Shown: positions 14,714 to 26,000 of the stretch, piece after piece
Layout: every line of letters begins with the position of its first letter
Numbering within the stretch: the stretch's first letter is position 1
Origin: Eledone cirrhosa
Taxonomy: Eukaryota
Length of the DNA stretch: 64,000 nucleotides
Direction: 5' to 3'
Assembly: GCA_964016885.1 (NCBI GenBank)
Contig: OZ024757.1
Coordinates: 38,502,001-38,566,000 of the forward strand
Notes under the pieces: generated by a model
The model's input: only the letters and a program-made list of their open reading frames with translations
Database searches by the model: none
Told to the model about the DNA's origin: nothing
Program-made: the position numbers and the translations under genes

Positions 14714-14762
14714 GTTCTCACCGTTTTATTTAATTTCAGAATCATGTTATACTCTGTGTGTG

Positions 14763-14807
14763 TCTCTCTTTCTATCTCTCTTTCTATCTCTTTCTCTCTC
14801 TCTCCTT

Positions 14808-14857
<50 letters not shown>

Positions 14858-14973
14858 CTCCCTCGCGTTCTCTCTTTTTTTCTTTTTTTCTTTCTACTCT
14901 TTCTTTCTCTTTTTCTCTTTTTCTCTTTCTCGCTCACTTTCTCTCTCTCTCTCTCTCTTTCTTTCTCTCTCTC

Positions 14974-15004
<31 letters not shown>

Positions 15005-15119
15005 TTTTTTCTCTTTTTCTCTTTCTCTTTCTCTCTTTCTCTCTTTCTCTCTTTCTCTCTCTTTCTCTTTTTCTCTTTCTCACTCTTTCTCACTCTATCT
15101 CTCTTTCTCTCTTTCTCTT

Positions 15120-15150
<31 letters not shown>

Positions 15151-15167
15151 CTCTCTTTCTCTCTCTT
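14763..15167. repeat. (CT)n/(CTTT)n microsatellite
   Basis: Direct reading. Confidence 0.9.
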
Positions 15168-15189
15168 ATATATATATATATATATTAAT

Positions 15190-15275
15190 TATTAAAAGTC
15201 GCCATACTAAAACACCCCAACTATCAGGTACTCTGTTGAATAATGGTCTAACCAGTTTCAAACGGGTTTTATGAT
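15190..15275 (-). mobile_element. Short TA-flanked repeat, family C
   Basis: taatggtctaaccagtttcaaacgg is the reverse complement of ccgtttgaaactggttagaccatta at 45186-45210. Confidence 0.6.
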
Positions 15276-15289
15276 ATATATATATAATA

Positions 15290-15465
15290 ATAATCGTTTC
15301 TACTTTTGGCACAAGGCCACCGATAACCCAGTACATTACTGGTACTTTATTTTATCGACCCCGTAAGGATGAAACGCAAAGGTAACCTCGACGGGATTTG
15401 AACTCAGACCGTAAGGGGACGAAACTATGCTGGACCGTCTCCCGATGTTGCCAATCCACCGCCTT
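15290..15465 (-). mobile_element. OK-like SINE
   Basis: Reverse complement of the 14598 and 37600 copies, including the B box (gggatttgaactcag). Confidence 0.8.
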
Positions 15466-17172
15466 GCAATCGTTTAATACTAACACCATTTTCGGGTGTA
15501 AAGCAAATAAATTATACGATCATTTATCACAAATTATATCAACAATGTATACAGCAATCTATGTAATTAATTATTTGTCGTCAACAACTTAACGCAAACG
15601 TATGTTTGTTATCGTTATGTAGATAAGTTGGGTTATCAGCATTTTTGAAAGTCTGAAACATGTTAATAAAAATGTACGACATTTTTATTTTATTTTATTT
15701 CTTATATAAATAGCTTCTATCTACTCAACTAAATTCTCTTCAGTCGTTAAGTGTCATCATAAATGCTTCTTCTAATCCATCATTACATATGGAATTTGTG
15801 TATTCATTCTGCCAAATGGTTTTTTTTTTTTTCTGTTTGATGTACATGATAGAATCTAGTACATCTTTTTTTATGATCTTTCTTGAATATCTTTTGCAAT
15901 TCCTATGTCCATTATGAATATATTCGTTATTATTGCTGAATATTTTTATTTTTATATATACTTATATTTACGTAATTTCATACACTCCAATGTATATGTT
16001 TGATGGATAGATATAGTATATAAGTTGTATATACTGTCGTATTTTCTCTTATTTTTCATTACATTCAATGTACTCTATGCAATGCTATAGTACGTTTTTC
16101 AGCTATTTTCTGTATGTTCTACGTGTATAATTTATTTTGCGATTGTAAATTCGAATCTATCTTTTTTACGATTCACGAGACACATACATAGAAAAGTTTT
16201 TCGGGCTTAAAAACGACCCCAAAATCCTAGTTTTCTTTATCGTCTTTATATTTCTATAGATTTCGAATATATATATATTTTTTTTTTCTTAAATATATAT
16301 GCTGTCACCCATTCGTGCTGACACATCCATTAAAACACGTTACATTACAGAAGATTTTTATATTTAGACAGGGGAATTTAGTCGTTTAGCTATATCGATA
16401 CACCCTCGAACGAATTTCCCATGGGTATTTGGTTTCAACTTTCTACGTTCTGAGTGCAAATGCATTAGAAGTCAACATTGGGGTCCATAAAATAAATTAC
16501 CAGTCAAGTATGGGCGACATAATCCATTTAACGCCCCCATCCCCTCAAGCTCTTGCCCTTACCGTATACGATGAATTCTGTGTATTGCCAGTCTCTAGGA
16601 CGTTGGAATAAATTACATTGCGAAAATTGTACTCTTAGCATCTTCAGTTCAAATCCTGCCGAGACCAACTTTTCCTCTAATCCGGTCGAGTGTAGTTTTT
16701 TCTTTTTCTTTTTTTCTTTTTCATCTTTTTCTTTTCTTCATTGTTTCTTTTTTCTTTTTTTCTTTCTTTCTTTTTTATTTTTATTTTTAGTTTTCTTTTT
16801 CTTCATGTTGTTGTTCTTCTTCTTTTTTCTTCTTCTTTTTCTTCTTCTTCCTATTCTTCCTATTCTTCTTCTTCCTATTCTTCTTGGTGTCCAGAAATAA
16901 AAAAAATACCAATGAAAATCTGGGATAATTTTAAATAATTTTCTCCATGTAAATTATTGAAATTTCGCCGAAATTACAATTCCATAAAGTAATTAGTGAA
17001 ATCATTAGAGAACAGTTACAATTCTTATTTACCAAATGAGAGGTCTGAATAAATTTGACAAAAAGAGACTTGTTCACGGACAAAATTCCCGACACGTTTG
17101 AGAAGCGTACTTACAACATCAATCGTAAGAACTGACTCTACTACCTCCATTATACAAAAACAAAAAATAACA

Positions 17173-17340
17173 ATAATTGTTTTTACTTTTGGCACAAGGC
17201 CAGCAATTAATCCAGTGCATTACTGGTATTTTATTTTATCGAATCCGTAAGGATGAAAGGCAAAATTAACCACGGCGGGATTTGAACTCAGATCATGAAG
17301 GGACGTAACTCTAAGCTGGAAAGCATGGCGTCAAGCGCTA
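17173..17340 (-). mobile_element. OK-like SINE
   Basis: ggcacaaggccagcaatta...aggatgaaaggcaaa...cggcgggatttgaactcag. Confidence 0.8.
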
Positions 17341-17826
17341 TTCTCCTTCACGACATATACGACAACATTTAATATAAATATATGGAAAGTTTATTCGAGT
17401 GTGTGGCATTTCTTGTAAAGTATTCCAGATGAAAGCGTTATTAAATGAAACCGCATTTTGTTCTAATATTTTCATCAATATTCTACTTGGTGACACTAAC
17501 TGATAACATATTATATGATATCCTTAAGGACATATCTTATATTACGTAGAGATATCCTCTCCTGATAATCCACTGGAATTATTTAATATAATATCACTGC
17601 TAATTATGCATCCATATTGGCTCCTATCCTTTACGTTTAGAATTCCATTAATATAGAAAGGTTTCTACTTAAATGAATAAATTTTCTAACATTCAATATA
17701 TATATATAGAAGCTCAAAAGCTTTCATCTGTTATTAGCGGGAAAATCATTTGAAAGTGAAAACAGGAAAAATTGGGTTCAACATCGTATTGAATTGGATA
17801 TTGTCACAGTTTGACTTATTGTATAG

Positions 17827-17866
<40 letters not shown>

Positions 17867-17867
<1 letters not shown>

Positions 17868-18088
17868 GTAATAATAATTTGAAGACTAAAATCGAAAGAG
17901 GGCTCGAAAAGGATAAATATATATCAATTATATAAGAACCGTAGAGCAAATATTTATTAAAATAACAGATTAAAGTTTAAGCAAAGAATCGCTGCTTTCA
18001 CCCTTAACGGGATATTCTGAAACTAACAAAGTTAGGGTGAAAGCAGCGATTCTTTGCTTAAACTTTAATCTGTTATTTTAATAAATAT
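17867..18088 (-). mobile_element. Fold-back element, family A, copy 2
   Basis: Reverse complement of 4564-4725, with a partial inverted arm at 18031-18088. The minus strand reads agttt-CAGAATA-tcccgttaagggt-GAAA-gcagcgattctttgc-T-T-aaact. Confidence 0.65.
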
Positions 18089-18105
18089 ATATATATATAT
18101 ATAAA

Positions 18106-18222
18106 TAATTAGAAAGTAAACAACCCAATATAACTATTCCATTACTAAAGGTTTCAGAACCCTAGAGATCCTGAAACCTTTGGTAATGGAGTTGCTATAT
18201 TATGTTGTTTAGTTTCTAATTA
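18106..18222. repeat. Fold-back element with HHR 3' half
   Basis: ~50-bp imperfect arms taattagaaa...aaaggtttcag / ctgaaacctttgg...tttctaatta; GAAA-cc ttt gg-TA at 18173-18185. Confidence 0.65.
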
Positions 18223-19162
18223 AATAGCTTTGTATTTGTATTATACATAGAGCACACATTATCCCCTTGTTTTCTTCTTCGGAATATATATATGAGAGAG
18301 AGGTCAGAAATGCGGCTTGTTATGAAACTTTATTACACATTACAATTTTTTCGATATCGATCAGCTTAAGTTTTTGTACGTGTCCATATAAACACGTACA
18401 TATTTTTTCATGTTGTTCCCTGATTTCGGTTTTTAGAGGTTGGCAAATCTGCTGTAATAATATCCTTCATAGCAAGTGGTACGTAAATGTGTAGACTCGT
18501 ATCGTTATCCGTATTCTAATTTTCAACACTGCACCAGTTCAGCCAAGAATTGGTATTGATTTTTTTTTTAGTTGCTATACACCTAGTAGACGGTATATTT
18601 TTGTCTACCTCCCAAATTCTAACATATCAGAACGCAGATATTGTGAAAATCTTTTGACGAAAACCACCTATTGGAATTCACAATATATTAGAGAGATTTT
18701 AAAAACAAATTAGTTGACAATTTGCTCGCTGTTGTAGCGTTTTGCAATATAGAATGTCAAATTTGTAAAGAAAGTTCTGCTTAAATTAAATTTCTTTGCT
18801 AGTAATTTCAAGAAGCTTTCGGCTACTCCTAAAGAAATTACTTCAGCATACATGCATTAGAAAGTGGGTTACATTTCTCTTTTGATTACAGCAGTTGTAT
18901 AAAATTATCAATTCGGAGTGGGGGGGTTATCTGACTGGTATTTATTGAATATAGTTCAAATGCATATGTGTATTTTTTCAGTGTATTTTTTAAGTGTTTT
19001 TTTTTTTTTTTTTTTTTTCTTGTGGCATAAACTTATGTTGTTGATGATATAGCTGTTGTTGCTGTCGCTATGTAGCTCCAATCAGGCACCAATGCGTTGA
19101 AACCTGTTGTAGGAGACGTGATTATCAAGTCATTTTTTTTTTGTTTCGAATGTTATGATATA

Positions 19163-20048
19163 TTCGCAGAGACGTTCAAACGTCAGATAGAATCCTTTGC
19201 GGTTTTAGTTTCTGCTCTCTACACTGAGATCAATCTCCAGTTCAAATCCAGCTGAGGTCAATCTCCAGTTCAAGTCCCACTGAGGTCAATCTCCAGTTCA
19301 AGTCCCACTGAGGTCAATCTCCAGTTCAAGTCCCGCTGAGGTCAATCTCCAGTTCAAGTCCCGCTGAGGTCAATCTCCAGTTCAAGTCCCGCTGAGGTCA
19401 ATCTCCAGTTCAAGTCCCGCTGAGGTCAATCTCCAGTTCAAGTCCCGCTGAGGTCAATCTCCAGTTCAAGTCGCGCTGAGGTCAATCTCCAGTTCAAGTC
19501 GCGCTGAGGTCAATCTCCAGTTCAAGTCGCGCTGAGGTCAATCTCCAGTTCAAGTCGCGCTGAGGTCAATCTCCAGTTCAAGTCGCGCTGAGGTCAATCT
19601 CCAGTTCAAGTCGCGCTGAGGTCAATCTCCAGTTCAAGTCGCGCTGAGGTCAATCTCCAGTTCAAGTCGCGCTGAGGTCAATCTCCAGTTCAAGTCCCGC
19701 TGAGGTCAATCTCCAGTTCAAGTCCCGCTGAGGTCAATCTCCAGTTCAAGTCCCGCTGAGGTCAATCTCCAGTTCAAGTCCCGCTGAGGTCAATCTCCAG
19801 TTCAAGTCCCGCTGAGGTCAATCTCCAGTTCAAGTCCCGCTGAGGTCAATCTCCAGTTCAAGTCCCGCTGAGGTCAATCTCCAGTTCAAGTCCCGCTGAG
19901 GTCAATCTCCAGTTCAAGTCCCGCTGAGGTCAATCTCCAGTTCAAGTCCCGCTGAGGTCAATCTCCAGTTCAAGTCCCACTCAGCTCAATTCTGCTTATC
20001 ATCATTTCAATGTCAATAAAAATGTATCAGTCTAGTACTGAGATCGAT
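19163..20048 (+). mobile_element. Old OK-like SINE with an internally amplified B-box segment
   Basis: SINE 5' part (gcagagacgttcaaacgtcaga...tttgcggttttag) precedes the array; SINE body (gcttatcatcatttcaatgtcaataaaa..gtatcag..gtactgagatcgat) follows it. Confidence 0.65.
19224..19980 (+). repeat. 28-bp tandem array, 27 units
   Basis: Unit ctgaggtcaatctccagttcaagtc(c/g)cg, period 28, no spacers. Confidence 0.95.
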
Positions 20049-20049
20049 T

Positions 20050-23000
20050 CTTCCTTTATATCGCTTTCTCTCTCACTTCCTTCCTTCTCTCTATCTCCCA
20101 ATACCTCGCCTCACTCTCCCTCCCCATTCCTCGCTTCTCTCTCTCTCCCCATTCCTCACCTCTCTCCACATTCCTTTCCTCTCTCTCCCCGTTCCTCCCT
20201 CCCCGTTCCTCTCTCTCCCCATTCTTTTTCTCTCTCTCCCCATTCCTCTCTCCCCTTTCCTTTTCTCTCTCTCTCCCCATTCCTCTTCCTCTCTCTCTCT
20301 CTCACCATTCCTTTCCTCTCTCTCTCTCCCCCATTCCTTTCCTCTCTCTCTCTCCCACCATTCCTTTCCTCTCTCTCTCCCCCCTTTCCTTTCCTCTCTC
20401 CCTCCCTCCATCCCCCCTCCATTCCCCCCCATTCCTTTCCTCTCCCTCCCCCATTCCATTATTTTCCTCTCTCCCCTTTCCTCTCTCTAACTCCATTCCT
20501 TTCCTTTCCCTCCCCCCATTCCCCCTTCCCTCTCCACATTCCTTTTCCTCCCTCATTCCTTTACCTCCCTCATTCCTTTTCCTCCCTCATTCCTTTCCCC
20601 CCCTCATTCCTTTCCCTCCCTCCTTTCCTCTCCTTTCCCTCCTTCCTTTCCTCTCCTTTCCCTCCCCCGTTCCTTCCTTTCCTTTCCCTCCCCCTTTCCT
20701 TTCCATTTCTTTCCTTTCCCTCCCCCCATTCCTTTCCTTTCCCTCCCCTCCCTCCATTCCTCTCCTTTCCTCTCCTCTCCTCTTTCCATTCCCTCCCCCT
20801 TTCCTTTCCTTCCCCTTTCTATTCCATTCCTTTCCTTTCCCTCCCCCCATTTCTTTCCTCTCCCTCCCCCCATTTCTTTCCTCTCTCTCTCTCCCCCATT
20901 CCTTTCCCTCCGCCCATTCCTTTCCCTCCCCCCATTCCTCCCCCCCCATTCCTTTCCCTCCCTCTCCCCATTCCTTTCCCTCCCTCTCCCCATTCCTTTC
21001 CCTCCCTCATTCCTTTCCCTCCCTCATTCCTCTCTCTTTCCCTCCCCCTTTCCTTTCCTTTCCCTCCCCCCATTTCTTTCCTTTCCCCCCATTTCCCTCC
21101 CCCCATTCCTTTCCTTTCCCTCTCCCCATTCCTTTTCCTCCCCCCATTCCTTTCCCTCCCCCCACATTCCTTTCCCTCCCCCCATTCCTTTCCCTCCCCC
21201 CATTCCTTTCCCTCCCCCCATTCCTTTCCTTTCCCTCCCCCATTTCTCCATTTCTTTCCTCTCTTCCCCATTCCTCTCCTTTCCCTCCATTTCTTTCCTC
21301 TCTCTCCCCCCATTCCATTCCTCTCCTCTCCCCCCCTTTCCTTTCCTCTCTCTCCCCCCATTCCTTTCCTCTCTCTCCCCCCATTCCTTTCCTCTCCTCT
21401 TCCCTTTCCCTCCTTTCCTTGCCCTCCCCCATTTCTCCCATTTCTTTCCTCTCTTCCCCATTCCTCTCCTTTCCATCCATTTCTTTCCTCTCCTTTCCCT
21501 CCATTTCTTTCCTCTCTCCCTCCCATTCCTTTCCTCTCGTCTCTCCCCCCATTCCTTTCCTCTCCTCTTCCCTTTCCCTCCTTTCCTTTCCCTCCCCCTT
21601 TCCTTTCCTTTCCCTCCCCCTTTCCGTTCCTTTCCCTCCCCCTTTCCTTTCCTTTCCCTCCCCCTTTCCTTTCCCTCCCCCTTTCCTTTCCTTTCCCCTT
21701 TCCTTTCCCCTTTCCTTTCCTTTCCCTCCCCCTTTCCTTTCCCTCCCCCTTTCCTTTCCATTTCTTTCCATTTCTTTCCTCTCCCTCCCATTTCTTTCCT
21801 CTCTCTCCCCCCATTTCTTTCCTCTCTCTCCCCCCATTTCTTTCCTCTCTCTCCCCCCATTTCTTTCCTCTCTCCCCATTTCTTTCTCCCCATTCCTTTC
21901 CCTCTCCCCATTCCTTTCTTTTCCCTCTCCCCATTCCCTCCCCCCCATTCCCTCCCCCCATTCCTTTCCTTTCCCTCTCCCCATTCCCTCCCCCCATTCC
22001 TTTTCCTCCTTCATTCCTTTCCCTCCCCCCATTCCTTTCCCTCCCCTTTCCCTCCCCCCATTTCTCTCCCCCCATTTCTCTCCTTTCCCTCCCCCCATTT
22101 CTTTCCTCTCCCTCCCCCCATTTCTTTCCTCTCCCTCCCCCCCATTTCTTCCCCCCCCCATTTCTTTCCTCTCCCTCCCCCCCATTTCTTTCCTCTCCTC
22201 TCGCCCCATTTCTTTCCTCTCCTCTCGCCCCATTTCTTTCCTCTCCTCTCGCCCCATTTCTTTCCTCTCCTCTCGCCCCATTTCTTTCCTCTCCTCTCGC
22301 CCCATTCCTTTCCTTTCCTCTCTCTCCCCCCTTTCCTCTCCTCTCTCTCCCCCCATTACTTTCCTTTCCATTCCATTCCATTACTTTCCTTTCCCTCCCC
22401 CATTCCTTTCCTTTCCTTCCCTCCATTCCTCTCCTTCCCTCTCTCTCCCCCCTTTCATCTCCCCTCCTCTTTCCATTCCCTCCCCCTTTCCTTTCCCTCC
22501 TTTCCTTTCTATTCCATTTCTTTCCTCTCCCTCCCCCCATTTCTTTCCTCTCTCCCCCCCATTTCTTTCTTCCCCATTCCTCTCCCCCCATTTTTTTCTT
22601 CCCCATTCCTCTCCCCCCATTCCTTTCCCTCCCTCTCCCCATTCCCTCCCCCCATTCCTTTCCCTCCCTCTCCCCATTCCCTCTCTCCATTCCTTTCCCT
22701 CCCTCATTCCTTTTCCTCCCTCATTCCTCTCTCTGCCCCCTTTCCTCTCCTCTCTCCCCCCTTTCCTCTCCTCTCTCCCCCCCTTTCCTCTCCTCTCTCC
22801 CCCCTTTCCTCTCCTCTCTCCCCCCTTTCCTCTCCTCTCTCCCCCCTTTCCTCTCCTCTCTCCCCCCTTTCCTTTCCTCTCCTCTTTCCTTTCCCTCCCC
22901 CTTTCCCTTCCCTCATTTCCTTTCCCTCCCCCCTTTCCTTCCTTTCTTTCCCTCCCCCTTTTCCTTTCCCTCCCCCTTTCCTTCCCCTCCCCCTTTCCTT

Positions 23001-26000
23001 CCTTTCCTTTCCCTCCTTTCCTTTCCCTCCCCTCCTTTCCTTTCCCTCCCCCCATTTCTTTCCTCCCCCCCATTTCTTTCCTCCCCCCCATTTCTTTCCT
23101 CTCTCCCCCCATTTCTTTCCTCTCTCCCCCTCCCCCCATTTCTTTCCTCTCTCCCCCATTTCTTTCTTCCCCATTCCTTTCCCTCTCCCCATTCCTTTTC
23201 CTCTCCCCATTCCTTTTCCTCGCTCATTCCTTTCCCTCCCCCCATTCCTTTCCTTTCCCTCCCCCATTTCTCCCATTTCTTTCCTCTCTTCCCCATTCCT
23301 CTCCTTTCCCTCCATTTCTTTCCTCTCTTCCCCATTCCTCTCCTTTCCCTCCATTTCTTTCCTCTCTCTCCCCCCATTTCTTTCCTCTCTCTCCCCCCAT
23401 TCCTTTCCTCTCCTCTCTCCCCCTTTCCTCTCCCTCCCCCCTTTCCTTTCCTCTCTCTCCCCCCATTCCTTTCCTCTCCTCTTCCCTTTCCCTCCTTTCC
23501 TCTCCTCTTCCCTTTCCCTCCTTTCCTTGCCCTCCCCCATTTCTCCCATTTCTTTCCTCTCTTCCCCATTCCTCTCCTTTCCCTCCATTTCTTTCCTCTC
23601 CTTTCCCTCCATTTCTTTCCTCTCTCCCCCCCCATTCCTTTCCTCTCCTCTCTCCCCCCATTCCTTTCCTCTCCTCTTCCCTTTCCCTCCCCCTTTCCTT
23701 TCCTTTCCCTCCCCCTTTCCTTTCCTTTCCCTCCCCCTTTCCTTTCCTTTCCCTCCCCCTTTCCTTTCCCTCCCCCTTTCCATTTCTTTCCTCTCCCTCT
23801 CCCCATTTCTTTCCTCTCTCTCCCCCCATTTCTTTCCTCTCTCCCCCATTTCTTTCTTCCCCATTCCTTTCCCTCTCCCCATTCCTTTCTTTTCCCTCTC
23901 CCCATTCCCTCCCCCCATTCCTCTCCCTCCCCCATTTCTTTCCTTTCCTTCCCCCCATTTCTTTCCTCTCCTCTCGCCCCATTCCTTTCCTCTCCTCTCG
24001 CCCCATTCCTTTCCTTTCCTCTCTCTCCCCCCTTTCCTCTCCTCTCTCTCCCCCCATTACTTTCCTTTCCATTCCATTCCATTACTTTCCTTTCCCTCCC
24101 CCATTCCTTTCCTTTCCTTTCCTTCCCTCCATTCCTCTCCTTTCCTTTCCTTCCCTCCATTCCTCTCCTTCCCTCTCTCTCCCCCCTTTCATCTCCCCTC
24201 CTCTTTCCATTCCCTCCCCCTTTCCTTTCCCTCCTTTCCTTTCTATTCCATTTCTTTCCTCTCCCTCCCCCATTTCTTTCCTCTCTCCCTCCCCCATTTC
24301 TTTCCTCTCTCCCCCCATTTCTTTCTTCCCCATTCCTTTTCCTCCCTCATTCCTTTCCCTCCCTCATTCCTTTTCCTCCCTCATTCCTTTTCCTCCCTCA
24401 TTCCTTTTCCTCCCTCATTCCTTTTCCTCCATTTCTTTCCTCTCCTCTCTCCCCTCTTTCCTCTTCTCTCTCTCCCCCGTTTCCTCTCCTCTCTCTCCCC
24501 CGTTTCCTCTCCTCTCTCCCCCCATTCCTTTCCTCTCCTCTTTCCTCTCCTCTCTCCCCCCATTCCTTTCCTCTCCTCTTTCCTCTCCTCTCTCCCCCCA
24601 TTCCTTTCCTCTCCTCTTTCCTTTCCCTCCCCCTTTCCTTTCCCTCCTTTCCTTTCCTTTCCCCTTTCCTTTCCCTCCTTTCCTTTCCCTCCCTTTCCTT
24701 CCTTTCCCTCCCTTTCCTTCCTTTCCTTTCCCTCCTTTCCTTTCCCTCCCCCTTTCCTTCCTTTCCTTTCCCTCCCCCTTTCCCTCCCCCTTTCCCTCCT
24801 TTCCTTTCCCTCCCCCTTTCCCTCCTTTCCTTTCCCTCCTTTCCTTTCCCTCCCCCCCATTTCTTTCCTTTCCCTCCCCCCATTTCTTTCCTTTCCCTCC
24901 CCCCATTTCTTTCCTTTCCCTCCCCCCATTTATTTCCTTTCCCTCCCCCCATTTCTTTCCTTTCCCTCTCCCCATTTCTTTCCTTTCCCTCTCCCCATTC
25001 CTTTCCCTCTCCCCATTCCTTTTCCTCTCTCATTCCTTTTCCTCTCTCATTCCTTTTCCTCCCTCCATTCCTCTCCTTTCCCCCCCTTTCCTTTCCTCTC
25101 CCCCCCTTTCCCCCCTTTCCTTTCCTCTCCCCCCCTTTCCTCTCCTTTCCCTCCCCCCCATTCCTTTCCCTCCCATTCCTTTTCCTCCCCCCATTTCTTT
25201 CCTCTCCCTCCCCCCATTTCTTTCCTCTCCCTCCCCCCCCATTTCTTCCTCTCCCTCCCCCCATTTCTTTCCTTTCCTTCCCCCCCCATTTCTTTCCTCT
25301 CCTCTCGCCCCATTTCTTTCCTTTCCTCTCTCTCCCCCCTTTCCTCTCCTCTCTCTCCCCCCATTACTTTCCTTTCCATTCCATTCCATTACTTTCCTTT
25401 CCCTCCCCCATTCCTTTCCTTTCCTTCCCTCCATTCCTCTCCTTCCCCCTCTCTCCCCCCTTTCATCTCCCCTCCTCTTTCCATTCCCTCCCCCTTTCCT
25501 TTCCCTCCTTTCCTTTCTATTCCATTTCTTTCCTCTCCCTCCCCCCATTCTTTCCTCTCTCCCCCATTTCTTCTTCCCCATTCCTCTCCCCCCATTCCTT
25601 TCCCTCCCTCTCCCCATTCCTTTCCCTCCCTCTCCCCATTCCCTCCCTCTCCCCATTCCCTCTCTCCATTCCTTTCCCTCCCTCATTCCTCTCTCTGCCC
25701 CCTTTCCTCTCCTCTCTCCCCCCTTTCCTCTCCTCTCTCCTCCCTTTCCTCTCCTCTCTCCCCCCTTTCCTCTCCTCTCTCCCCCTTTCCTCTCCTCTCT
25801 CCCCCTTTCCTCTCCTCTCTCCCCCCTTTCCTCTCCTCTCTCCCCCCATTCATTTCCTCTCCTCTTTCCTTTCCCTCCCCCTTTCCTTTTCCTTTCCCTC
25901 CCCCTTTCCTTCCTTTCCTTTCCCTCCTTTCCTTTCCCTCCCCTCCTTTCATTTCCCTTCCCCCCATTTCTTCCCCCCCCCATTTCTTTCCTCTCTCCCC

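Noticed and set aside
19224-19980. CRISPR-like array
   Set aside because: The units are directly adjacent with no unique spacers, there are no cas genes, and the context is eukaryotic.
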